This document shows, piece after piece, positions 1-8,666 of a DNA stretch of 16,850 nt; position 1 is the first letter of the stretch; each line of letters starts with the position of its first letter. The stretch comes from Chthonomonadales bacterium. Lineage in GTDB: Bacteria; Armatimonadota; Chthonomonadetes; Chthonomonadales; Chthonomonadaceae. Position numbers and translations under genes: made by a program. The DNA lies in assembly GCA_038217285.1 (NCBI GenBank), contig JBBQPO010000127.1, forward strand, positions 1 through 16,850, read 5' to 3'. The notes beneath the pieces are model-generated. The model saw only the letters and a list, made by a program, of their open reading frames with translations, was not told where the DNA came from and ran no database searches.

Positions 1-141
1 ATTTATGGCACTCTGGTACAGCGAACGGGCTATACCTAACACGCCATAAATTCCTGGCAATACGTTCGCGAAATGCTTTTTGATCTCATTTGCCTTCGAT
101 GAGGCCGCACTTGAAGGTTCAATTTAGTCTAAACGTCAATC

Positions 142-558
142 CTTGCTAAGGTGCGCTATAACCGTCTGATCGATATTTTCCTCGGTATCACCGCGTATTC
201 TCTTCAGAATCACCTCCGAACAACGGTCAAGGGCATAGGGCAAATCGAAATTGACGAAATCTATGTCGGCATTGATCGGCAGGGACGACAATACGTCTTC
301 CCTATGCAAGCGAAGGGGGGAAACGATCAGCTTTCCGTCGTGCAGACTAAGCAGGATATGCGTTGCTGCAAGGAAAAGTTTCCGAACCTGATATGTCGGT
401 CGATTTCAGCACAGTTTATGGCGGATGCGTCCATCGCCATATTCGAGTTGGCGCTGGAGGACGATCAGGTGAAGGTCGTCGAAGAACGCCACTATAAACT
501 CGTTTCGGCTGACGAGATTAGCGTTGCTGACCTAATGTCCTATTCGCACAGAACATAG
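142..558 (+). pseudogene. C-terminal remnant of a putative restriction-type PD-(D/E)XK endonuclease, 5'-truncated
   Basis: Reads LAKVRYNRLIDIFLGITAYSLQNHLRTTV...GQIEIDEIYVG...PMQAKGG, with a D...QAK nuclease-like motif. This matches the C-terminal half of an endonuclease family I recall next to C5 DNA methyltransferases. An in-frame TAA at 130-132 lies just upstream, there is no good RBS before GTG 151, and the region is AT-richer than the rest of the window. Confidence 0.6.
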
Positions 559-648
559 GATATACGGGAATTTTTATCCTTATCGTAGGTTCTCGGGAAG
601 ATCGCTTGTAGCTTTACCTCTATTCGAGGTGAACTGGGAGAAATAACG

Positions 649-1410
649 TTGATAGGACAGCGGGCATTGGAATCTCAGAGAACGAATCAAGGCGCAAGTT
701 CCGATTTCAAATCGGCAACGCCGCCGCCGGTTCCTTCCGAACTTCTGGCCTATGTGCAGGAGACGTTTGCGCCGGAGACGGCGGCGTTGCGGTCCCTGAC
801 AGCAGCGGCACAGAGGGCGGGTATGCCAGCGGGCTGGGAGATTACGCCGGATGTCGGGCGACTGTTTCAGGTGCTCCTGCACTCGGTAGGAGCGCGCCGG
901 GTGCTGGAGTTCGGCACGCTTGGCGGGCATAGCGCGTGGTGGCTAGCGACGGCGTTGCCGACGGACGGGCAGGTCGTCTCGATAGAGATCGATCCGACGT
1001 GGGCGGCCGCCGCGCGGCAGGCGCTGGCCGATGTCGGGATTCCTGCGGGAAAGGTGGAGGTGCGCGTCGGGGCGGTGAAGGAGACGATCGAGCCGTTGGA
1101 GCGCGAGGTGCGGGAGCAGCAGCGGCCTTTCGATGCGGTGTTCCTGGACGCGGATAAGGCTTACTACCCCGAGTTGCTGGATTGGTCTACCCGTGTCCTG
1201 CGTCCGGGCGGACTGCTGCTCGCCGACAACGTGCTGCGCTCCGGCTCCTGGAACGGGCAGGGGCTACTCGATCCCAATGCCGACGACCCGCGCATTCTTG
1301 CGATCCGCCGCTTCAATCGCCTCCTGGCCGAACATCCGCACTTTACCGCGACTATCGTCCCGATCCGTGCCGGAATCGCAGTCGGGGTCTACCGACCGCC
1401 TACGCCGTAG
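649..1410 (+). CDS. SAM-dependent O-methyltransferase (caffeoyl-CoA/catechol OMT-like, Methyltransf_3 family)
   Basis: Motifs VLEFGTLGGHSA (SAM binding), SIEID, FDAVFLDADKAYY and LRPGGLLLADNVL. Start uncertain (TTG 649 or TTG 667). Confidence 0.9.
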   Translation: MIGQRALESQRTNQGASSDFKSATPPPVPSELLAYVQETFAPETAALRSLTAAAQRAGMPAGWEITPDVGRLFQVLLHSVGARRVLEFGTLGGHSAWWLATALPTDGQVVSIEIDPTWAAAARQALADVGIPAGKVEVRVGAVKETIEPLEREVREQQRPFDAVFLDADKAYYPELLDWSTRVLRPGGLLLADNVLRSGSWNGQGLLDPNADDPRILAIRRFNRLLAEHPHFTATIVPIRAGIAVGVYRPPTP

Positions 1411-2065
1411 CCAGGAAGACGGGGCGGCACCAGGCTCCGGAGTGTCCGCGCAGGTTGATCGGCAACGCCATGAAGGTCTGCGGCATCGGGAGTTGGTAGA
1501 CTTCCGGCGGGAAACGCAGTTCCTCCACGATCCAGATACCGTGTCCGAGCAGCGTCGTGTGTACGGTCGCGTCGTTCTCTTTGTCCCATCCGCCGATACC
1601 CCAGTGATCTACGCCCAGGCCGCGCACACGCTTCTCCACGAGCCAGTCTGCGGCAGCAGGGGCCAGCTTGGGCGCTTGATAGAGCCAGAGATCGGAGCGC
1701 TCCCGTATGTCGCCCCAGCCTGTCGCCATCAGCACGATGCGGTCGGGGGGCAAGTCGGAGGGCAGGGCGGCGGCGAGAAGCTCCGGCGTGATCCAGGCGC
1801 TCGGCGCAATGCCTCGCAGGTCGGCGATGTGGGCCGGGCCGGTGAAGGCTTCCAGCGCCAGCGAGTCGATGGCTCCGCCGCCGGCGATTTTGTGCAGCGG
1901 GGCGTCGAGGTGGCTGCCGGTATGGCTGGCCAGGGTCAGCGTCTCCCAGTGCCACTCCGCCCGGTCGTGGTCGGAGGTGACTTCCGAGCGAACCGGCGGA
2001 TGGGCCGGACAGTTGGGGCCGCCATCGAAAATCGGCTGTGAAAGATCGATAAGGCGCAAGGACAT
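1400..2065 (-). CDS. Cyclase-family metal-dependent hydrolase (kynurenine formamidase KynB-like)
   Basis: Motifs IDLSQPI, HTGSHLDAPLH (HxGTHxDxPxH), LMATGW, GLGVDHWG, HTTLLGHGIWIVEEL and ALPINL...GAWCRPV. ATG at 2065 has GGAGA 5 nt upstream. The longer 2455 start in the ORF track overlaps the HIT gene and is rejected. Confidence 0.9.
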   Translation of the reverse strand: MSLRLIDLSQPIFDGGPNCPAHPPVRSEVTSDHDRAEWHWETLTLASHTGSHLDAPLHKIAGGGAIDSLALEAFTGPAHIADLRGIAPSAWITPELLAAALPSDLPPDRIVLMATGWGDIRERSDLWLYQAPKLAPAAADWLVEKRVRGLGVDHWGIGGWDKENDATVHTTLLGHGIWIVEELRFPPEVYQLPMPQTFMALPINLRGHSGAWCRPVFLATA

Positions 2066-2327
2066 CTTTTTCTCCATTGGGGCAGGGCTACTGGAAGAGT
2101 GTTTCCGCGTCCATGGCGGGTTTCCCTTCCCAGGGAAGGGCCTTCGCGGAAACGCGGAGAGCAGTCGCCCGTTCGTTCGTGTGCCCAAGACCGCATTCCT
2201 CTCGGCTGACAGAGGCAGAAGAAAAAGGAATCCCCTCTCTCGACGCCGAATCGGACGAGACAGCGGAGGCAGCGGGCTGCAAGGCCGTCGCGCTTCCGCA
2301 TCCACTCTCTGAAAGAGGCCACTCCAA

Positions 2328-2849
<522 letters not shown>

Positions 2850-2881
2850 CCTTCATCAGTTATGCGGTGAGGAGCAGAGTG

Positions 2882-3553
2882 TTGGAAGAGAACGACGACA
2901 ATCAGGAACCGGCGGAAGCGCAGGGCGAGGCGAAAGCGATGCGGCTGGCGCGGGTGGCAGAGCGGGCCTCCGTCTGTACGGCCTGCGACCTGGCGAAGAC
3001 ACGGACGCATGTGGTGTTCGGAGAGGGCAACCCGGAATCGCCTTTGATGTTGATCGGGGAAGGACCCGGACAGAATGAGGACGCGACCGGTCGGCCCTTC
3101 GTCGGTCGTTCCGGCGTACTGCTGGACGCGTGCCTGCGCGAAAACGGCATCACCCGCAAACATATCTATCTCTGCAATGTCATTCGCTGCCGCGCCTGCA
3201 TGGTGGAGGCCGGACGCCTGAAGAACCGCCCGCCGACGCCGGTGGAGGCGCAGGCCTGTTCGACATGGCTCGACCAGACCATCGAGATCGTCCAGCCGCT
3301 TGTGATCCTGTGCCTCGGCGCACCGGCTTCCAGCACCATCATCCATAAAGGCTTCCGCATGATGCAGGAGCGCGGGCAGTGGTTCGAGAGCCGGTATACC
3401 CGCTATGCGATGGCCGCTCTGCATCCCGCCTACATCCTGCGTCAGGAGGGCGAGGCGTACGAAGCCTCCCGTCGCTCTCTCGTCACCGACATCGCCGCAG
3501 CCCGACAGAAGGTGATTGAGGCCAAAAAAGAGCCGAAGATGACTCTGTTCTGA
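2882..3553 (+). CDS. Family-4 uracil-DNA glycosylase (4Fe-4S)
   Basis: CTACDL (Fe-S CxxC), VVFGEG, IGEGPG.NED..GRPFVGRSG, later Cys ligands (IRC, AC) and LHPAYILR. GAGGAG at 2869-2874 favours TTG 2882 or GTG 2879 as the start. Confidence 0.93.
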   Translation: MEENDDNQEPAEAQGEAKAMRLARVAERASVCTACDLAKTRTHVVFGEGNPESPLMLIGEGPGQNEDATGRPFVGRSGVLLDACLRENGITRKHIYLCNVIRCRACMVEAGRLKNRPPTPVEAQACSTWLDQTIEIVQPLVILCLGAPASSTIIHKGFRMMQERGQWFESRYTRYAMAALHPAYILRQEGEAYEASRRSLVTDIAAARQKVIEAKKEPKMTLF

Positions 3554-3554
3554 A

Positions 3555-4829
3555 TCAGGGTTGGGCCGGAAGCTTCGTCGGTTGTTTGTGCGTCGCGGGG
3601 CGGGTGAAGGTGTCGCCCAGGCGGATCGGGATGCCCACGAACCCGCCGTTCGAGAGCGTGAAGCGACCGTCCTTGACCCCGGCGGCGTAGTCGGTGCGGT
3701 CGGCGTTTCCGGTGGCGTCGTGGGTGAAGCGGGCTGTCAGCAGCTCCGACCACTGGCCGTCTTCGGTCTCTATCCACTGGTTGCCGAACTCTGCCAGACG
3801 CCGTTTTTGCCCGTTGGCGCCGCCGAAATTCTCGTTGAAGGAGTAGAGGCCGCGCAGCGTGTCGCCGTCTTTAGGGGCGCGGAAGCTGGCGATAAGGCCC
3901 CAGGCCTTGCGCTCGGGAAAGTAAAAGTAGCCGCTGTAGATAGTGTGCGTTCCGTCCGGTCTGGCGGTGACCAGGAACCGATAGGTTGCGCCCGTCTTCC
4001 AGGGATAGACGAGATGGCTGTGCCCGCCCGTCCCCTCGTTGCCGAAGTCGCTCGCCACGACGTCTTTGCCCTTCGCCAGCAACTGCACCCGGTCGTCCGG
4101 CAGGACTTTGCTGCGGTCCACGCCTTCGTTGCCGCTATCCCATATCGAGAAGATGATGCGCCGCTCAGTCGGACTGTTCACCTGGATCCCGAAGTAGCCG
4201 CGCCGGAACCCGCAGGCCATGTAGTAGGACCAGATCGGGTCGGTCTTGACGGTGACTTCATTCGTGAAGGCGATGACTTTCGCCCCGACCGGAACAGGGT
4301 AGCCGAGATGCACGGAGGCGGCGTTGCGCCGCTCTTTCAGGTTGAAGTGCGCCTCCTCCACCGCAGGCCCGCCCAGGATCAGAGCCTCGACCTCTCCGAA
4401 CGTCTTGCCCTCTTTCTGCACACCTTGCAGCACGAACCGGCAGTAACCAGGGGCATCGATCTCGACGGCGTCGAAAGCGATCGTCACGGCCTCGTTGCCC
4501 CGGCCTACCACCAGCGCTGTCTGCGTCTTGCCCGCGATCGTCAGGCGCAGGGTCACAGCCCGCGTCTCCGGCAGGCGCAGCTTGACCGACACATCGAGCC
4601 GACCGGTGGTCTTGATCTCCCCGTACCAGACCACGCTCTGCTTGCTGTCCGTCCACCCGGTGACGCCATGCTCCTGCGTAAACTCCAGCGCCTCCGCATC
4701 CGGCTCACTGTAGGCCGTAAAGCCCGGTACACGCAGCTCGGCATCCTCCTGCCGCGCTGCTTGCGCCGAGATCGACAATACGCTCCATACGGCCATACTA
4801 CAGACCAGAAACAGCCACTTTACGGTCAT
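3555..4829 (-). CDS. Secreted DUF3472/DUF5077-domain protein
   Basis: Signal peptide (MTVKWLFLVCSMAVWSVLSISAQA). Motifs RNAASVHL, YYMACGF.RGYFGIQVNSPTERRIIFSIWD, FGNEGTGGHS and YSFNENF, which I recognise as DUF3472. Confidence 0.85.
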   Translation of the reverse strand: MTVKWLFLVCSMAVWSVLSISAQAARQEDAELRVPGFTAYSEPDAEALEFTQEHGVTGWTDSKQSVVWYGEIKTTGRLDVSVKLRLPETRAVTLRLTIAGKTQTALVVGRGNEAVTIAFDAVEIDAPGYCRFVLQGVQKEGKTFGEVEALILGGPAVEEAHFNLKERRNAASVHLGYPVPVGAKVIAFTNEVTVKTDPIWSYYMACGFRRGYFGIQVNSPTERRIIFSIWDSGNEGVDRSKVLPDDRVQLLAKGKDVVASDFGNEGTGGHSHLVYPWKTGATYRFLVTARPDGTHTIYSGYFYFPERKAWGLIASFRAPKDGDTLRGLYSFNENFGGANGQKRRLAEFGNQWIETEDGQWSELLTARFTHDATGNADRTDYAAGVKDGRFTLSNGGFVGIPIRLGDTFTRPATHKQPTKLPAQP

Positions 4830-4856
4830 GAAAATAGATTCCTTGCTGATTGAGGA

Positions 4857-6230
4857 TTATGGGATGTGCGGTTCCGGCTGGGAAGCAGCGGCAGTCTCTT
4901 CGACGAACCGTTCTTCCGGACTGGGATTGATCGGAGGATCGCGGCGCAGGAGATAGGCGGCGAAGGCGGCGGCGAAAAAGAGCCCGGCAGCGGTGTAGAG
5001 GCCCGGCTTGAAGTCGCCGTGGGACCACGTCTTGAGTTTGCCCATAAGGAACGGACCCAGAAACCCTCCCAGATTGCCGACCGAGTTGATGAAGGCGATG
5101 CCTCCCGCCGCCGCCCGCGCGCCCATGAGATTGGTGGTCAGCGCCCAGTAGGAGCCGGCGGCGCTGCGTTCACCCAGGACGTTGAGGGAGAGTGCGACGA
5201 CGGTCAGGCCAGCGGTGGGGGCAAAGACGCACGCAAGAAATCCGAACCCTGCTACGATATATCCGAACATCACATGATACCGACGTGCTCCGGTTCGGTC
5301 CGAATGGGCGGCGGCAAAGACCATCGCGATCGCTCCGACGAGGCCGGGGATGCCGGTCATCAGCACGACTACCGGGTCTGACCAGAGACCGCCGCTCCGA
5401 AACTTGAGCAGCGCCGGCCCGAAAAAGCCCACGGCATTTCCGGCTGTCGCGGTCAGTATGAAGATCAGGCAGAGATGTAGGATTCGGGGCTCCATGAGCG
5501 CCACCCGGAAGGAGAGATGTTTCACCTGCTGCCCGGTGCGCTCCTCCTCGATAAGGCTCTCGGTGATCCACACCTTCTCTTCCGGCGACAACCACCCGAC
5601 ATCCGTGGGACGATCCGGCAGAATCTTCAGGACGACAAAAGCCAGCAGTACGGAGGGCACCCCCTCCACCAGAAACAGCCACTGCCAGCCGGCCAGGCCG
5701 CCAATACCGTTCATCTTGAGCAGCAGAGCGCCCAGAGGTGTGCCGAGTAAGCTGAGTATGCCGTTGAGCGCGAGAAAACTCCCGAGAACGCGTGCACGCG
5801 CCCTGCCGGGTACCCAGTAGGTGAGGTAGAGTAGGATTCCCGGATAGAACCCTGCCTCCGCCAGACCTAGCATAAAACGCAGCGAATAGAAGCTCATGGG
5901 GGTGTGAACGAACATCATCGACGTTGAGATCGCCCCCCATGTCAGCATGATGCGCGCGATCCAACGGCGCGCGCCGACGCGCTGCATGATCAGGTTACTG
6001 GGAACTTCGAGCAGAAAATAGCCGATGAAAAAAATGCCAGCGCCTAATCCGTAAACCTCATCATTGAAGTGAAGATCCTTCTGCATCGTGAGCGCGGCGA
6101 TACTGACGTTACCGCGATCCATGAGATTAAAGAGGTAGAGAATGGCAAGAAACGGTATCAGCCGCATCAGAACCTTTTTGACGATAGCATTCTCGATGGT
6201 CTGATCACGCGACGGCTCCAGTACGGTCAT
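4857..6230 (-). CDS. MFS transporter, anion:cation symporter family (TtuB/phthalate-permease-like)
   Basis: Motifs DRGNVSIA, GIFFIGYFLLEVPSNL, GARRWIARIM, LRFMLGLAEAGFYPG, GWQWLFLVEG.P and AFINSVGNLGGFLGP; about 12 hydrophobic segments. ATG 6230 has AAAGGG upstream. Confidence 0.93.
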   Translation of the reverse strand: MTVLEPSRDQTIENAIVKKVLMRLIPFLAILYLFNLMDRGNVSIAALTMQKDLHFNDEVYGLGAGIFFIGYFLLEVPSNLIMQRVGARRWIARIMLTWGAISTSMMFVHTPMSFYSLRFMLGLAEAGFYPGILLYLTYWVPGRARARVLGSFLALNGILSLLGTPLGALLLKMNGIGGLAGWQWLFLVEGVPSVLLAFVVLKILPDRPTDVGWLSPEEKVWITESLIEEERTGQQVKHLSFRVALMEPRILHLCLIFILTATAGNAVGFFGPALLKFRSGGLWSDPVVVLMTGIPGLVGAIAMVFAAAHSDRTGARRYHVMFGYIVAGFGFLACVFAPTAGLTVVALSLNVLGERSAAGSYWALTTNLMGARAAAGGIAFINSVGNLGGFLGPFLMGKLKTWSHGDFKPGLYTAAGLFFAAAFAAYLLRRDPPINPSPEERFVEETAAASQPEPHIP

Positions 6231-6472
6231 GCAAATCCCTTTCCGGGGAGAACGTCGGCCTGCACGGGCCGGACTCCACAAAACGCTGGGGAGATGTCCC
6301 TACGTACGCCGTTCTTCCGTCCTTTTCCTCCGAAAGGCCCAGAAGCAGTTCAAAACACTCTTGCCAACCGCACGGAGCAGATGATATCAGGACACCGACT
6401 GCCACGGGTATACCCTACCTCGATTCCTTTCCCCTAACCCTCCCCATGTCCCAATGTGCATCAACTGAATTG

Positions 6473-6515
6473 CCGATTTCATAAGAGTTGAAATCGGAGG
6501 GCGATTCGTGTCACA
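6473..6515. promoter_or_regulatory. Candidate operator(s) in the divergent MFS / DUF5693 intergenic region
   Basis: Perfect 9-bp inverted repeat CCGATTTCA-N7-TGAAATCGG (6473-6497), followed by GGCGA-N6-TCACA (6500-6515), resembling the CRP-family consensus TGTGA-N6-TCACA. Confidence 0.35.
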
Positions 6516-6599
6516 ATCCTGCGTCGGCGCGCGAATGCCCGCAGGTGGACGGCGCGGACTTCGCGCCTCTTTTCAGGAAGATGGTCGGTCAGAAAACGT

Positions 6600-8666
6600 A
6601 TGCAAAAATCTCTGCGTGGAATCTCTGGAGTATTGACGGGGCTGATCGTCCTTGGAGTGCTCGCTGGCCTGGTGGCGGCAGCGAAACGATTTCGTGTGGA
6701 GTCGCATAATCGGCGCGTCGAGATCGCGCTGGAGTGGCAGGAGGTGACCCAACTGGCGCAGGCCACCACCGGTCATCCGATCCCCGATCTGCTCCGCGAA
6801 TTTCATACTCAGGGCGTCAGTGCGCTTGTTCTGCAAGAGGAGACTCTGACGACTCTGGAACAGAGCGGTGCCCTGCGTCTGGAACGCGCCGCGCAGCCCA
6901 ACGGCGTTGTCGCCACCTATGTCTCCCTCTCCTCCCCCGAACTCTTACAACGCATCAAAACGGCCCTGACGGCGCGGAATATCGTGCTTGCCACAAGCCC
7001 TCTGCCTCTGACCGCAATCACTCCGACCGTATTTTCGGCCTCAAGGATGGACGACGGACGTCCCAAAGCAGACCTCTTTGTGCCGATGGACTATGCAAGT
7101 CTGCGGACGCTGGGCCTCGGTCTGCCACCGGAAGGTGTGGCGGCTGCGCGAAACGCCGGGCTGCGCATTGCGGGGCGCATCGGCAACTTTGCGGGCGTCA
7201 GCGAGAGCAGCGCGCAGAATGTGGTGCGCAACCTGGTCCAGCAGGGCGCGACGACCGTGATCTTTAGCGGCGAAGAGGCGCTCGGGTATCGCGGCCTGGA
7301 AAAACAGGTCGCCAACCTGTTCCGCTCCCCGAACGCACCCGCCGTGCCGCACAAAGACGACGAGACGCCTCTGCCACCACTGGGTATCACGTATGGTGCG
7401 GTCGAGTTCGGCAAACAGAAGGGCGACGAGAAGCTGAGCGCGTCCCTACATGGAGATTTTGTGCGCGTACACAGCATCCAGGCGGCGGAGATGGGTCAGG
7501 TCGACGAGGAGGAGGCGGTCGAACGGTTCGAGAAAGCTGCCCGCGAACGCAACATTCGCTTCTGCTATGTGCGGCTCCTCACCTATGCCGGCAAAGATCC
7601 GGTCGAGGACAACGTCAAGTTCCTGGGCAAGATCGCGCACGGGATGCACCGAGGCAGCGTCCTGACAGGCGGCGACCTGAAATTTGGAGCCGCCCGACCG
7701 TACGAAGAGACAGGAGTCTCTCCCCTGCTCTTCGCGCTGATGGGCCTCGGGGTGGCGGCCGGAACCGTCTGGATGCTGAGGGCGGCGCTGCCGCTCCCCG
7801 ACTCTGCGGCGGCCCTGCTGCTGGGCGTTCTCGGGGTGCTCTGTCTGCTCTGCGCGTGGCGGCTGGACGAGACGGGGCGAAAGCTGGTCGCCCTGCTGGC
7901 CGGTATCGTTTTCCCGACGGTCGCCTGCCTGCGGACCTTTCCGCGCCAGGGAACCTCCGTCCGCTCTCTTGCGCCAAACGCCTGCCTGAGCGCGGCCATT
8001 GGCGGTATCGTATGGGCGAGCGGCATCACTGCCATCGGCATTATCTACGTCGTCGGACTTCTGGCTTCGCGCCCGTTCATGGTCCACGCCAGCCAGTTTC
8101 TGGGCATCAAGGCGCAGCACGCCGTGCCGCTGCTGCTGGTCGCACTGGTGGCGGTGGCAGGCGGCGTGACGCTCCCGGAAGAGACCTGGGTGCGCTGGAA
8201 GGCGCGCGCCGCCGGACAGTTCCGCGCCGCTATGCAGGAGCCCGCACGCTTCGGCCTGTTGATTGTCGGCATCGTCGCGCTGGCCGCCATTATGTTGATC
8301 GTCGCGCGCACCGGCAACGACGCCGGGGTCGGTGTCTCCGGAGCGGAGCTTAAAGGCCGCGCCATTCTGGACCGTATCCTGCCCGCCCGCCCCCGTACCA
8401 AAGAGTTCCTGGTCGGGCATCCGCTCTTTATTCTCGGTCTGGCCTGGTGGTGGCGCGGTCGCCGTCGCCTCGGCCTGCCCTGTCTCGTGTTCGGCAGTCT
8501 CGGGCAGGTCTCCCTGCTCAACACATTCTGTCATATCCATACGCCGCTCGTGATCTCGGTCTGGCGGGATGGGATCGGGCTCGTCCTGGGCATCCTGCTC
8601 GGAGCCGCCGTCTTCCTACTGGTGGAGCGAGTGATGCCGCCGCCGCGCGAGAGGAGCGAGGCGTGA
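6600..8666 (+). CDS. DUF5693 family integral membrane protein (csaB-associated)
   Basis: N-terminal TM plus R.RVE..NRRVEI, then VEFGKQKG, VRVHSI, KAARERNIR, a C-terminal multi-TM region with QFLGIKA, RTGN, RPRTKEFLVGHP and GQVSLLNTFCHIHTPL. Directly upstream of csaB, as is typical for this family. Confidence 0.85.
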   Translation: MQKSLRGISGVLTGLIVLGVLAGLVAAAKRFRVESHNRRVEIALEWQEVTQLAQATTGHPIPDLLREFHTQGVSALVLQEETLTTLEQSGALRLERAAQPNGVVATYVSLSSPELLQRIKTALTARNIVLATSPLPLTAITPTVFSASRMDDGRPKADLFVPMDYASLRTLGLGLPPEGVAAARNAGLRIAGRIGNFAGVSESSAQNVVRNLVQQGATTVIFSGEEALGYRGLEKQVANLFRSPNAPAVPHKDDETPLPPLGITYGAVEFGKQKGDEKLSASLHGDFVRVHSIQAAEMGQVDEEEAVERFEKAARERNIRFCYVRLLTYAGKDPVEDNVKFLGKIAHGMHRGSVLTGGDLKFGAARPYEETGVSPLLFALMGLGVAAGTVWMLRAALPLPDSAAALLLGVLGVLCLLCAWRLDETGRKLVALLAGIVFPTVACLRTFPRQGTSVRSLAPNACLSAAIGGIVWASGITAIGIIYVVGLLASRPFMVHASQFLGIKAQHAVPLLLVALVAVAGGVTLPEETWVRWKARAAGQFRAAMQEPARFGLLIVGIVALAAIMLIVARTGNDAGVGVSGAELKGRAILDRILPARPRTKEFLVGHPLFILGLAWWWRGRRRLGLPCLVFGSLGQVSLLNTFCHIHTPLVISVWRDGIGLVLGILLGAAVFLLVERVMPPPRERSEA

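Noticed and set aside
580-930. 116-aa minus-strand ORF
   Set aside because: Mostly antisense to the O-methyltransferase, Arg-rich and without motifs.
3561-4853. 430-aa ORF on + strand
   Set aside because: Antisense shadow of the DUF3472 gene; typical of high-GC coding DNA, with no recognisable motifs.
8447-8662. Upstream extension of csaB
   Set aside because: Lies inside DUF5693; the GTG 8663 start has an RBS and a stop/start overlap.
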